This document shows, piece by piece, positions 36,623 to 50,633 of a DNA stretch of 64,000 nt. Both the position numbers and the translations under genes were made by a program. The first letter of the stretch is position 1. The number at the start of each line of letters is the position of its first letter. The notes under the pieces were generated by a model. It was not told where the DNA came from, did no database searches, and saw only the letters and a program-made list of their open reading frames with translations. The DNA is from Tubulanus polymorphus (lineage: Eukaryota > Animalia > Nemertea), in the NCBI RefSeq assembly GCF_964204645.1, contig NC_134031.1:13317807-13381806 (forward strand), given 5' to 3'.

Positions 36623-37357
36623 TATACCAATACAAAATTGCTACACGTTTCTTCTACTAAAAGCGCCACATATTGGGCATTATTTTCATCAGTAAAAGAT
36701 GAACAATCGATATTTCATATTCATTTTCACGAATTCTTATTTTTGTAGTTTACATATTCCATTTATTTTGTAACATATCTATTTCTTTATTAAGTATGGC
36801 TGACACCATTGTTTTGTTTGGTTTGAACCTAGTAACAGGCAAACTCGGTGTTGAGAACAATACCTGAACAATCAAAATGTTAATCCGTTACCTGGTCCAA
36901 GGAGACGGAGCCAAAACCATGGAGGTCCAGTACAGGCCATACTATGACACTCTGGTTTTGGACTCCGACAAATAAACATCATAATCAAATAATATACAAT
37001 ATATATATTTGTCTATCTTCTTGGATATTACAGGTAAGCCAATATATACTTTTACTTTTTTATCAAACCTAGCAGTTTTAGTAAATGATTAATTTCATTC
37101 GATTTTTGGTCATTCATATCTTTATATGAATACGTATTTGTAACTATAATAATCTGTTGTATTTTTAAAATGCTTGGAATAATTTTATAATCATGTAGAC
37201 TCTGGTTTTTGAATCCGACAAATAAACATCATAATCAAATAACATACAATATATATATTTTTCTATCTTCTTGGATATTACAGGTTTTTCAGGTTGTTCG
37301 CTCTCACCACGCTAGTTACCCCCACAAATAGATATCGCACAGTTTTGTCATGTTATA
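36623..37357 (+). repeat. 5' LTR of Gypsy 2
   Basis: Direct repeat of 60455-61292 lacking about 100 bp; TATA..TATA ends. Confidence 0.9.
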
Positions 37358-37536
37358 ATGGTGTGAGAACGCCCGATCCCGATGCCGCAACCTATAAACC
37401 ACAGAAACGTACAATACGGACTGAGAACGAGGACATCAACACCGCTACCAGTTGTCAGCCAACCCAGTTCTCCAGCTTCAAGCAACGACCAACGAAATAC
37501 ATCTTTAAGTGAAACACAATTGTCGACGAAGGAAAC

Positions 37537-38480
37537 ATGGCACAGCAAGGACAGGAGGAAGATATCGTGAATCCATACGACGGGTTCAATAAAAAAAATC
37601 TAACGAAATTCGTCGGGAGCCAAAATGTAGATGCTTGGATTCGACAGTTTGGGCGTTGGGCGAATCATCACAGTGTCCTGGATAGCCTCCAACCTTACTA
37701 CTTTATTTCGAACTTGTCGCCGTCGGTAGAAACAGTCATCAGTGCGCTGAGTGACGATGACCAGAAAAGCATCACCAGTTTAAAGGATGCCTTGCGTAGA
37801 AGGTATCGTCCAGTTACAGACATTCTCCTTGCGGGTATAAAGCAAAACACGTCTGAAACCACCAAAGACTATCTCGATCGGGTAGAACGGGCGGCTACAA
37901 CATCAACTTGTGGTACAGCAGAAATTGTTCAACTCGCACTCAACGGTATTCGCAACTAGCTCAAGCCATACCTAGTCATTAATCCGCCAAAAACTTTGTT
38001 AGACTTACGAACAACGGCGCTAACAATTGAATCTCTCATGCCGACGCCTCAGACAGTTAACTGTTGCCGCGGTGGAGCAACATAATGCGCTAGGACCAAT
38101 CACGGAATTGATTTATTCGATCGGCCATCGTCTCACCAAAATCGAACAATACCAGGAGCGTAGTCAACAGGGTCACCAAACGATGAACTACAACCAACAA
38201 CCAAGGTACGACGATCGACACGATCATCCGAATCAACGTAGGAACCGCCAAAATCAACGACGACCACCACCACGACCAATCACTGGAAATCGGGAATTTT
38301 ATCAACCGAGTCGCAATCGGCAGTCTTGAAACTATCCGGTTAAGAGGGATGAATTTGGTAGGTGTTTTTATTGTCTCAATAACTGTACCCTTAGGGCTAA
38401 TTGTTCAGCATTGCACACTCAATGTCCAAAATGTCACAAAATAGGTCATACCTCAGAGGCATGTCAGGCGCCACTCCGCA
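37537..38480 (+). pseudogene. gag: Gypsy gag with CCHC zinc knuckle
   Basis: Capsid-like region followed by CPKCHKIGHTSEAC at about 38423-38464; stops and frameshifts. Confidence 0.75.
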
Positions 38481-38569
38481 GATAGGAATTCGCACCTATC
38501 CAAGAACCTGCTTCTTCGGATGGGCACCCACAAACTGACATAGCATTAGTCGCACATTTAGAAAAAAAT

Positions 38570-40090
38570 GTCACCGACGTTTACGTCACAGGACAACGTG
38601 TAGGTGCACTGGTAGATAGTGGAGCTAATATAAGCTCCGTATCTAGATCATTTCTAGCCAAGACTAAATTTGCTGATTCAAAATTAGGTACTAGTCATGT
38701 AAAACAAGTCGTCGGTGTAGGTGGTACTGTCATTCCAGTTGCAGGTACAATTGAACTCCCCCTTATATTTCCGGGCGTTCATGACCTAATATATTTCAAA
38801 TTCCACGTATTTGAACGATTACATCACAATTTGATCATAGGCATTGATTTCATGAAAGCCAAAAATGCAACTTTAGACTTTGCAAATAGATGTTTCAAAC
38901 TCGAAGACGTTACGGATAAAAACGAAGTTCATGTCCTACCAATAACCATCGAAGGCCCAGTAGCGTATTCGATCTCTTCAGTAAAACTGGAGCCTCAATC
39001 AGAAACCGATATTCCGTTCACTATACCTAAACATCTAAACAATACGGTCATACATCTAAACAATACGGTCATATTACTATCACCTCTCCCGGGGCTGACT
39101 CAGAATAATTTCACCGGAGCTCGCTGTCTAGTTAGAGTAGAAAAAGGTACTGCTCGTATGAGGCTTATTAATCCAACAAAGAAAACTATCTCTGTTCCAA
39201 GACATACTGCAATCGCGTCAATGGCTTCATTAGACGATACCTCTTCTATTATATCTCTCGATGAGTCCTCTGAAACCTTGGTAGCAACAATGGCCACGGC
39301 TCAGCACGATACAGGACATGTCGCCAGACATGGTCCGAAACCCGAAGCCCCGCCTGTGGAGGATATTAACTTTGACTTGTCCGAATCGGATCTAACAGAT
39401 GGCCAAAAAGAACAGCTTAGTCAATTTCTGCATCACTATCGTGACAGATTTTCGACCAATTTGTACGAACTAGGTCATACAAATATGCAGCAGCACAAAA
39501 TAGATACAGGCAATAACCCACCCGTGTGTAGCGCACCGTACCGCCAACCACCCCACATTCGCAAGGAGCAAGACCGCCAGATTGATGAAATGCTTAAAAC
39601 AGATATCATTACTCAGTCAAACTCACCCTTTACTTCACCAGTGGTGATGGTTAAGAAGAAAAATGGCGAATACAGATTTGCCGTAGATTACCGTGCCTTA
39701 AATCGCATCACTAAGACCACTTCTTATCCCTTACCGAAACTTGCCGATGTCGTCGATTCCATAGGTGAGTCACGAGCTTGCAGACAGTCACAACTCTAGA
39801 CATGACCTCGGGATTCTGGCAGATCAAATTAGATCCTGAAAGCCTCAAATTAGACCCTTTCCGTTAACAAACATTCCGTCTAATAAAAAGCCTCCTAAGG
39901 TAGATGACCAATTTCACGATATTGCTAAAATTCTACGTCTGCGATACTTTGACGGTAACCGACAGTTCTACGTCAAATGGGCAGATGGGTCCCCACCGTC
40001 TTGGGTAAGAGATGCTGATTTAACGGAGGCAGCAAAAATTGAGTATATCCGGACTAACACCCTCAGTGGAAAAGCGAGGAAAAGAATGAC
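38570..40090 (+). pseudogene. pol: Gypsy pol remnant: aspartic protease, RT N-terminus, large deletion, chromo-like tail
   Basis: ALVDSGA, IIGIDF, SPVVMVKKK, RFAVDYRALN, DMTSGFWQI, then a jump to FYVKWADG. Confidence 0.8.
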
Positions 40091-40281
40091 TTGCTTTAAG
40101 AGGTCGTACTTTTCACGACTGTCATCGCGAGTTCTTTCATTTTAACGCTTAGGACCTTGGACCACATAGCTCATAAGGAATTCAAAGAATTTAAACTGTG
40201 CTTTGGGGTCTGATCAACCTCATGAAACCTTCATTCCTAAGTCACTGCTTGTCTAACCCGCGTGTTTCTTTCTTAGGTGTC

Positions 40282-41384
40282 ATGGTTAAATCCTTACTCG
40301 TGATGATGGTTCTCACTCTCTTCTTTCAAAAGAGTTCCGGTCTCCAGCAACCTCTGAATTATGGTGTCCTATTCAATCACTTGGGTCAGGTGGGTCAAAG
40401 TAATGAATACTGGCTGCACACATTTGCATTCTCACTACCGACGCAGCTTAATCTAGCCACTTTTTGTGACCGCCCTGGTGACGACCCCACCTGTATACTT
40501 CGTAAGAAAATGGCTTTGCATCTCAATGAACTGCAAACAACACTCAATAGTCATATTAACCACGTGACGGATATTGTTACTGAGTTGATCCCTGTCAAAC
40601 TCAAGCGCACCACCAAATCTAGGAGCCGCCGCGCGGCAGTGCTCGGTTTCATTGGGCAATTGTCACGCACACTTTTTGGCACAGCTACTTTACACGACGT
40701 TGAGGTCCTCACCCAACACATCAAATGCACTTACGCGTCGCTCGAACGTCATGGTCCGCTCATTTTAACGACACGGGGCACATTTGTCATCGTATGTAAG
40801 TTTTCTACGCGAACTGATAACGCTTTTAGGGGCATTGCTTCGAACCACAGAGCTATTTCTGATCTTTTTACGAGGGTACAAACTTCTACCAATGAGATGC
40901 TGCGTACTTCCGTTGAAATGGATATAACTTGTACGCTGATTACGTGGAATCTAGTCGGCAAGCTGAACTGCAACTCTTAGAACTAAAACAGACTGTTATA
41001 CGAATTGCTACGAGGCAATTTGTCACCTACCCTCATCTCTAAAGATACCCTTAAAGATTCGATTTTTCAGATTAAGGCTATCTTATAAACAAAATACCAT
41101 GGTTTCACGTTGTCACATCTCGATCCAAATTATTATTTTGACCACGCCAAGTTAATAGCTTCTCGAAATGGATCCACCATCTACGTTTCCATCAAATTTC
41201 CAATGACATCGTTTGAGGCCAACCTAGATATCTATACTTTGATGTCCTTCCCGGTCCCTGTGAACGAATCTTCCTTACATTTGACACAACTACTCGATTT
41301 GCCATCATATTTCGTAGTACTACTCCTCTTTATCGGTATCAGAATTTCAGGCGTGTAATATAATTGCCGACACCTATCAATGTC
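40282..41384 (+). pseudogene. env: Envelope glycoprotein, N-terminal part (class I fusogen-like)
   Basis: Signal-peptide-like start, furin site RSRR followed by hydrophobic AAVLGFIGQLSRTLFGTA; pyrimidine tract + AG just upstream. Confidence 0.75.
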
Positions 41385-41950
41385 AGTAATTAGAAGATGG
41401 CGTTTTCAAACCAGAGTACGAGAGTACGAGCTCGTAAAAATGAAAAACATGAAAATAATAGCAATTTTTACCTGAATTAGTAGCGAAACTCATAAAAATG
41501 AACATTATTTACATGAACTTCATATATTTTAAAATCATTTATATGTTAATTATAAAAGTAATGAGTAATTAACGAGTTGATTAAAATTAGATTTTTAAAC
41601 ATAAAAGTGTGAGTAAAGTGTGAGTGAAATAACTCATTTAATACCAGACGAGACACCCGTCATCACAGCTAGGCGCTAGTGAGAACGGACGATTGCTCTG
41701 TGATACACATATACAGTTAGTGCGCGTAACAACAACTGCGCGTGGATAGATCGATACAGTGAGTCGCTACTGAGAACGGTTATTAACGCGTGTGCGATTA
41801 CTGTAGTACAGTGATTGCGTGTCAACTGTGCTCGGATAAATAGATGCTGTGAGGCTTGGGTGAGAACGGTTAATAGCGTGCTTGTTATATACAAGGGGAA
41901 GTAATCCCCACTCATCACCACAAGTAATTTTTTTTCCTTATAAATGGGGG
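41385..41950 (+). repeat. Left TIR of Polinton C with a ~245-bp insert
   Basis: Inverted match to 58373-58684 except 41667-41911. Confidence 0.88.
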
Positions 41951-44900
41951 AGAATGAACACCAGCCAGAAAACAATAATGTTAATAAAAATCAATATTAT
42001 TGTCCATATTGTAAAAAATACATCGATAAATCTAATAAATCTAAACATGAAAAATCTTCAAATCATATAAAAAATGTTATAGATTTTGAAACTTCAGAAA
42101 ATTCCAATGAAAGAAAATAACGATTAGAAAATATGAATGTGGATGTGATAAAATGTGAAGTTTGTAATGAATTTATAGTAAAAAGGAATTATAATAGACA
42201 TCTCGAATCACAAAAACACCATCAAAATTTGAGTAATAATGTTTTAGGAAAAGATTATTCCTCAACAAGTAAAAAAACCAACTTCAAAAACTAAATCCAT
42301 TTCAAATAAACCCTACATGGAAAATGTTAGAAATTATATCGATACTCTTGAAATAAAAGATACAATTGAAATTTTAGAAACATTACATAGTAAAATTGGT
42401 CCTGCAGCTATTATATTTAGATTTTTTAAAGGTACAACAATAGAAGATTATAGTAAATTTAATGAAATAATAGAAAAAATACTAGATTTGATAACAGATG
42501 TTGAATATCCAAAAATTAGTATCTTTGGGAAAGTAAGTTTTATAAAGTCAGAAGAAAAAATGGATTATAATATTCAAACACTCTCTGAAGAAATAATTTC
42601 AAAAACACAAATAAAAGAGAAGTTAGAAAAAATGTTTAATGAATTTAAACGTCATATTGAAGAAAGATATTTTGAGGGTTCTGGTTTATCTTTAAATGAA
42701 ATTATGTATTTAGACTTAAATGTTTATAATACAAAAAGAAATAAAACATCAAAAAGTAATAAAATGTTTAAAAATGATACAAACTTTATAACAGAAAAGG
42801 ATATTGAAGCATCATCTTATATTAAATTACCATTTACAACAAAAGCACTAATAAATGTTCAAAATGAAGATAATAAATGTTTTCTATGGTCAATTATTAG
42901 TTGCTTACACCCAACAGAAGATATTAAGCATAGATTTAGAATAACAAATTACCGGAAATACGAAACATTATATAAAATTGATCAATATCCAGTAACTATA
43001 AAAATGATACCCAAAATGGAAAAAGTTAATAATTTAAAAATTATGTATTCGGATAAATGCAATTACCAAAGACAAAAGGCGAAAATATTAAAGATTATAC
43101 ATTGGAAGCTTTATATTTAACAGAATATTATGATGATGAAAATGCTATAGATTTGTTATATTACAAAAAAGATGAAAATGAACATTATATGTGGTTAAAA
43201 CAAATTGATTTATTCTTTAGAACAGAAAGTGATTTTAACAGTCATAAAATGTATCTATGTAGAAAATGTTTATCTAAATTTAGAACTGAGAATGCGTTAC
43301 TAAAACAAAAAGAATTATGTGATAATAAAGATTTTTGTAAATTAATATTGCCAACAGGAAAAGATTATAAATTGAAATTTACTAATCATAAATTTAAGAA
43401 TATTGTTCCATTTGTAATTTATGGGGATTTTGAATCGTTGAATAAAGAATTAACTGATCAAGATAGAAAAGAAATATATAACAAAAAGCAATTTATTAAA
43501 ATCAATGGATAAAGGAAATGAATTAAATGAAGACACAACACAAGACCCGCCAATTATAAATACAATTTAAAAAGTTCATCAAAGAGCTGCTGCTTATGGA
43601 ATTTACATAAAATCAAATTATCCTGAATTATATCAAAGTCAATATATTTCTTTTAGAGGTGAAGATGTAGTTAATAATTTTTGTAACAAAATAATTGAAT
43701 TAGAAAATGATTTTGCAAAATTATTAAACAAAAATAAAAGAATAGTTATGACAAAAGAAGATGAAGTTGATTTTAATTACTCAACTCATTGTTGTTATTG
43801 TGAAAAACGTTTTTATTCATTTGATAAAAAAGTTAGAGATCATAATCATTTAAATTCAAAATATCGTGGAGCTGCTCATGAAGATTGTAATTTACAAGCT
43901 AAGAAAGTTAATTTCGTACCAATATTATTTCATAATTTATCAGGCTATGATACCCATCTATTTATAAAACAATTATCGGGAAATTGGGTGCAATTAATCA
44001 AGAAATAGAAGAATATAATGCTATGAATGGTGTAAATGTAAGAAAATATGATTTTAAACTATTGGCTAAATCATCTGAAAATTATATTTCATTTCAATTC
44101 GGTTGGATTAGATTTTTAGATTCTTATAGATTTCTAGCAAGTTCATTAGATAATTTATCAAAAAGTTTAGTTGATAATGATTTTGTTATAACTCGATATT
44201 ATTATCCAAATGAACAAGATTTTAAATTATTGAGATATAAAGGCGCAATTCCTTATTCATTTTATAAAACACATGATGATTTTAATGTAACAAAATTATT
44301 AAAAGATCAATTTTATGATCAATTAAAAGAGGGGAATGTGAAAGATGAAGTGTTTAATAGAACATTAAATATTTGGAACCATTTTAAGATGAAAAATCAT
44401 GGTAAATTAGTTGATTTTTATTTAAAATCAGATGTTATGATATTGGCTGACATATTTGAAAAATTAAGAGAAGTTAATTTGAATCATTTTAATGTTGATC
44501 CTTGTTATTGCTACTCTAGTCCCGGTTTAACCTGGCAATGTGGTTTAAACTACACAAATGTAGAATTAGATTTATTAAAAGAACCAGACATGGTTTTATT
44601 ATTTGAAAAATCAATTAGAGGTGGAATTAGTGGTGTTATGGGAGATAGGTATTTTAAAGCAAATGATGAATATAAATTATTATATATTGACGCTAATAAT
44701 TTATATGGTTGGGCAATGATGCAACCTCAACCATACAAAATTTTTATACTAACAGAAGTTGAAAATGATGATAAAACTGATTGGGAAAGCGCAATTGCGA
44801 GTTTAAAAGATGAAGCACCAATTGGTTATTTCTTTGTAGTTGATTTAGAATATCCTGAAAATATAAAGTTTAAAACAAGAAACTTACCTTATTGCCCAGA

Positions 44901-46991
44901 ACATTTAACTGTAGATGATAGTTATTTAAGTGAATACCAGTAGAAAATAAAACCGAAAGATCATGTTTTTACAGAAAAATTAATACTTACTCAAAATAAT
45001 AAATACAATTATATCGTTCATTATAGAATGTTAAAATTTTATCTAAAACAAGGAATGAAATTAAAGAAAGTACAAAGATATATTGAATTTAATCAATCGA
45101 AGTGGTTAGAAAAATATATATATTTCAATACTCAACAGAGAACCATATCAAAAACAGATTTTGAAAAAGATTTCTTCAAATTAATGAATAATAGTTTTTA
45201 TGGTAAAACATGTGAAAAGTAGTAAATAATTCTGAAAGATTAAGACATTTACAATCAAGTCCTAGACATTTAGGAAATAAAAGATTTGAAGATTATTTAA
45301 CATTAGTTAAATTAAAAAGAACGTCAATGAAATAAACCTATATTCCTAATAAACCTATATTCATTGGTTCAACTGTTTTAGAAGTATCAAAATTATTAAT
45401 GTATAATTTTTATTATAATGTTTTACAACCACTTTTTGGGGAAAAACATATAGAAATCTTATATTTTGATTCTGTTACAGCTGACACCCCAATATTATTA
45501 AAATGTAATGATAAAATATTGATAAGAAGAATTTCAGAAATAATTCCAAAACAAAATGAATGTTATATTTCGTATGGTGAAAAAGAATTAATACAAATAA
45601 ATGAATTAATGGATGTTTGGACAAGAAATGGATGGAAAAGATTAAAGAATATTATTAGGCATAAAACAAATAGGAAAATCTATAGAGTTAGAACTAAATT
45701 AGGGTTTGTAGATGTTACAGAAGATCATAGTTTAATTAGACGAAATGGCGATGAAATTAAACCAATTGATATAAAAATTGGAGATGAATTATTACATAAA
45801 AGATTTTTCCAAAGAATGAATCATATGTCATTCGACGAAATTATTAATAATATTTATAATAGAGAACCTGAAACATTAGAAGAAAAAGAATATTTTATTA
45901 AAGGATTTTTTATGGGTGGTGGTTCAGCAGGTGTGTATAATTATGTTTGGGGTAATAAATATTGTTGGTATTTATGCAATCAAGACTTGAAATTATTAGA
46001 AAGAATTAAGAAATTCTGTGAAGAAGTTTATTCACATAAAACGTTTAGAATCATGGATGTTATGAAATCATCAGCAGTTTATAGAATACTTGTAAATAAT
46101 CCTAAAGATTTTGCTATAAAATATAATGATGAATTCTATATTCATGCAATAGTGAAAAGTAATACTTCAACTAAAGAAAAGATAGTTCAAGATTATGTAT
46201 TAAATGCAAAAAATAATTTAAGAAAATGGTTCTTCATTGGGTTCTATGCTGCAGATGGTTCAAAAAGTTTCAAAAACCGCAAAACAATATCTTTAGCTCA
46301 AAATGGAAAAGTTGCTATATCAGGATTGAATATATTATGCAGTTCATTAGGTTTTAATATGAATATTGGATTGATTAAATCTTAACCAAATTGCTTTAAT
46401 TTAAGCCATGAAGAAAATGAGTTAAAAGAAGAAGTTTAAGATTTATTTGAAATATATAACCCAACAGATTATGTTTATGATTTATCAATTGAAGATGGTA
46501 CATTTAACTGTGGATTTCCATTAATAGCGGTCAATACGGATGCGTACATACTAAAAATCAAGACAAATGATATAAAAAAAGACTTAAAAACATTAAAACA
46601 TCATTTTGATTTTAGCAATTATCCCAAAGATCATGAACTATTTAGCAATGATTATAAAAAGATTCCTTGTAAATTTAAAGATGAATTAGGGGGTGATGAA
46701 ATGATTGAATTTGTTGGGATAAGAAGTAAAATGTATAGTTACAGAACAAAAGATCATGAAGCTAAAAAATTAAAAGGAGTAACAAAACATGTAGTTGATA
46801 AACACATAGAATTTCAAGATTATATAAAGTGTTTATATAACTCAATTGTAATGAAACATAAAATGAATTGTTTAAGATCAGAAGATCACGAGACATACAT
46901 TAATGAAGTTGAAAAAACTAGTTTAAATCCATTTGATGATAAAAGACATATTTCAGATGATGGTATAAAAACATTACCTTATGGTTATTAA
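41944..46991 (+). pseudogene. pPolB with intein (Polinton C), many stops/frameshifts
   Basis: Collinear with 6350-1415; same motifs. Confidence 0.93.
45471..46535 (+). other. Intein with LAGLIDADG endonuclease, 355 codons, two in-frame stops
   Basis: YFD/SVTADTP...DVTEDHSL...GFFMGGGS...GFYAADGS...YVYDLS...IAVN/TDAY; 1065 nt; stops at 46383 and 46437. Confidence 0.93.
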
Positions 46992-48312
46992 AATGGATCA
47001 ATATCATCAAACTCGAAATCACTATTGGTTTCTTCTTTTTCATTTAATTGTTCTTGTATAATTTGTTTAGGTTCTTCCATTTCATTTTTCTCATTTAAAT
47101 AAAGTTCTATATTATTCCACATTTCATCTCGCTCTCTTTGTTTCTTTTTGTTTGTTAATTCATCCAATGGAATTACAATATCGATGTTTAGAAAATTTAC
47201 AATCTTATTTAAAAAGAATTCATAATTAATTGAATCTGTTATTCTATTATCCACATAATATCTTAATATTTGTTTGAATGTTTCTTTTATATTTTCCATA
47301 TCTTCTTCTGTTAATTTAGGTTTTTTATAATAATCGTTAAATAATAAATATAAATACATTTTCTTTTCTTGTGTGTTAAATGTTGATGGAATAATTGTTT
47401 TTATTATATCTTTTTTAGTTATTTCACCATTTTTATTTTCCATCATTTTCATTTTTTCAAGCCATTGCTTATATTCTGGTGTATGATCTTCCATAGAAAA
47501 TATATTAAATATTTCATCTAGATATTTTAATTTTGGTTCTATGAGAAAATCTCTAGTTATTTCATCACCACATAAATTTTTTTCCCATCCACATACATTA
47601 CAAAATATCACAGAACCTTCTTGTCGTAAGTACTCATAAATACATTTTGGACATTTTTGTCTATCATTTCTTAGTAATAGATCTTCCTTAAGCTCTTGGT
47701 ATTTTCTTACGTTTTCTTTATGTTTTATTGTTCTATTATGTAGATTTGAATTACTTGTTGTAATAATCAATTTACAATATTTACAATAATATGTTTTTCT
47801 TGTTAATTCATTATATTGTTTATCTAACTTTTCAACTGTTTCTTTATTATCTGGTAACGTTTTCTCATATTTTATTTTTTTTAATATTTTGTTTTTTCTT
47901 TCATTGAATTCAGTTTCAGTTTTATTAGAAATTTTATCTATATGTATTTTGCGAAATTGATGATTCTCCCAAGCTTCTTTATTTTCAGGACTAAATTTCA
48001 TTCGACAAGGCTCGCAGAAATGATCTTTCATATTATTCTTATCATAGAATAAGAAAGGTCTTTTCCAAATAATTTCAGATTCAACTTCAGCAGAATTACT
48101 TTTACTTTCATTACTATCAACATTAGCCGTTGCACCATTAATTTTATACTTCTCTGAATGTTTTTAACATAATTTCTTGAGAATAATTTATTACATTTAG
48201 GGCAGTTTATTTTAGGGGGTTTATAATTTTCATCATGTTTTTTCATATGTCAAGCCATATTACTTTTTCTGATAAGTTCACCACAAATTTCACATCCTAT
48301 CTTCTCATCCAT
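46988..48312 (-). pseudogene. Zinc-finger / VLTF3-like gene (Polinton C copy)
   Basis: Homolog of 93-1418 with frameshifts in the 5' part. Confidence 0.75.
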
Positions 48313-48380
48313 TTATTTAGTAAAAATTTTATTAAAATCAATTTTTAATGATGAGCGGTAATTTTTTTATGTTGTAAATA

Positions 48381-49131
48381 ATGGTAGAATTAAAAGAATA
48401 TAGAATATTTGTTGATTCAAGAAAACTTACAAATTATAAATCTCATAATTTACTAGTACAATTAGATAGAGAATTTAAGAATTGTGTTGATTTAAAATGA
48501 GTTAATATAAGTTTATGTAATTCTTTTCATAATATATCGAATAAAAGTCTAGAACATTTAATGTTTTCAATCTTTTACAAAAAAGGAATAAATGGTTTTT
48601 TATATATTTAAAACCAGGATTATATAATTTAGATACATTAGCGCAAGAAATTAATAAAAAAGCTCGAGCTAAATTAGGAAGTGATTCCGGATTTAACATT
48701 AGATTTTCAAAAAGTGATAGTTCTAATAAAATAAAGATTAGGTTAGCTCATGATGAACAATTTGAATTTATTGTAAGAAAATCTTTAGCTAAACTGTTAG
48801 GAATTAACCCAGATATTGTTACAGTAAACGTAGAAGGTAGATCAAACTAAATACCTTACACACATTTCTATATTTATTGTAATTTAATTAATCCTACAAA
48901 AACATTTGAAGCAACTAAAGATACAATTTGTAATTCTAGTATATTAAATATTTTACCATTAAAAAATGTTAAACACTTTGGAACACAAATTAATTATTAT
49001 TTATCAGAATGCGAATTTAAACCTTGTATTTCAAGTTTTAACTTTTAGAAGTAAGAAATCATAATGGATATTTAGTTGATTTGAATAACTTTCCTGTGAT
49101 ATATGAATTAGTTATAAGATGTAAAGAGTAA
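48381..49131 (+). pseudogene. Putative minor capsid (penton) gene
   Basis: Homolog of 18729-19484 with internal stops. Confidence 0.7.
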
Positions 49132-49147
49132 TTTTTTCATTATATAA

Positions 49148-49505
49148 ATGAATATAACTGTTGGACCGAGTATATGTTTTGGATTTGATTTTGAACGTGA
49201 GAAAGAAATGAAATTTAACATTAATGATGTAATTATACATATTAAAAATATTGTATTTTCTAATGAAACAACATTTGAGTATGAAAAAACAATAGATAAA
49301 GAACCTTTGAATGTAGAAAAGATTACTAATTTAATTAGAGAATCTTTTATAGAGAGATTTTATGAATTAGATGAAGATTTTATCATCGATGATATTAAAA
49401 AATAATAATTGAAATATATACAAATGAAACTAGTAATGAAATAAATGTTGAAATAATCATAACTAAGATAACTAAATATTTTGAAGATAGTAATTTTTTT
49501 GATTA
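49148..49505 (+). pseudogene. Hypothetical protein
   Basis: Homolog of 19501; TAAATG start. Confidence 0.55.
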
Positions 49506-49509
49506 ATAA

Positions 49510-49731
49510 ATGAGTGATAATAAGTGGATAATAACTGGATTATATAATGGAGCATTATTATCAGTGGGAACTAATGGTTATTCAATGGTATTAAAAAAAG
49601 TATCTAAAATGGGAAGTGTTAATGTTGATAGATTTGATATAAATGATATTTTTAAATTAACATTAGCAGTTACTTTATCTAATTTAACTATTGATTATTT
49701 GGAAAAACAAAAATATATTCCTCCTATATAA
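49510..49731 (+). CDS. Small hydrophobic protein
   Basis: 73 aa, TAAATG start, homolog in B. Confidence 0.6.
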   Translation: MSDNKWIITGLYNGALLSVGTNGYSMVLKKVSKMGSVNVDRFDINDIFKLTLAVTLSNLTIDYLEKQKYIPPI

Positions 49732-49755
49732 TTACATAATTTTTTTGCTAAATAA

Positions 49756-50163
49756 ATGGCTTCTGTAATTCTAACTATTATAGGAACAGCAATTGTTAAC
49801 GCTTTAGCATTTACTGGCCGTAGTTATTTATTTAGGCATATAGATAAAAATAGTTCATTAGAAGAACAAAAAAGACATAACATAGCATTAGCTTCAGAAG
49901 AATACAGAGAAAAGAGGCAAAACTATATGGATTACATCAATAAAGAATTATATGATCAGAAGATTTCACATAGAGATTTTCAATCAGTTGATGATGCAAT
50001 GAGTTTATATAACGCGGTAACCAATAAAAAAAAATTACATCGATACAAACCTAAATTATTAGATTATTATACCCCAAGTAAAGAACAACAGAAATATGAA
50101 ATAATTTGGATTTTAGGTGAAACAGTTATTGTTATATTTGTTGCATATAAATTTACTAATTAG
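49756..50163 (+). CDS. Small protein with N- and C-terminal hydrophobic segments
   Basis: 135 aa, TAAATG start, homolog in B. Confidence 0.65.
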   Translation: MASVILTIIGTAIVNALAFTGRSYLFRHIDKNSSLEEQKRHNIALASEEYREKRQNYMDYINKELYDQKISHRDFQSVDDAMSLYNAVTNKKKLHRYKPKLLDYYTPSKEQQKYEIIWILGETVIVIFVAYKFTN

Positions 50164-50182
50164 TAATTTTTTTGTTAAATAA

Positions 50183-50617
50183 ATGGATGATAAAGTTGAT
50201 AATATTGATATTATTCCTCATGATATAAATAAAACTAAATTAAAAATATATTTAGAAAAACAAATATTAGAATTTGAAAGTGACTTAAAGATAAAAAAGA
50301 AAAAATATTTAAAAAGTAAAATTACATATTATCTTATTATTAGTGGTTCAGTTACAATTAGTTCTGTAATAACATTTCTAGCAATATTCTCGCCATTAAC
50401 ACCTTTAGCTATATCAATTGGTGTGCGAGGTTTAAGTTCAAGTGTTTTAACCGGCATAAGTCCAAAATTAAATATAAAAAGTAATAAAGAAAAAATTAAA
50501 ACTAATATAAAAGAAATTAATAAATTGAAGAATACACTAGATTATATAATAAGTTTAAATGGCCATATAACAGTTGAAGAACAAGATAAATTATTAAAAG
50601 AATTAATAAATTATTAA
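50183..50617 (+). CDS. Two-TM membrane protein
   Basis: 144 aa, homolog of 25399. Confidence 0.65.
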   Translation: MDDKVDNIDIIPHDINKTKLKIYLEKQILEFESDLKIKKKKYLKSKITYYLIISGSVTISSVITFLAIFSPLTPLAISIGVRGLSSSVLTGISPKLNIKSNKEKIKTNIKEINKLKNTLDYIISLNGHITVEEQDKLLKELINY

Positions 50618-50633
50618 TTTTTTAATTATATAA

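Noticed and set aside
41667-41911. Repeat-spacer array interpretation of the TIR insert
   Set aside because: Only three short anchors, and the intervening sequences resemble each other, so a degenerate tandem repeat is more likely.
42317-46991. Split pPolB as programmed frameshifting or an alternative genetic code
   Set aside because: Breaks differ between A, B and C, and A is open across the same extein positions, so this is decay or sequencing error.
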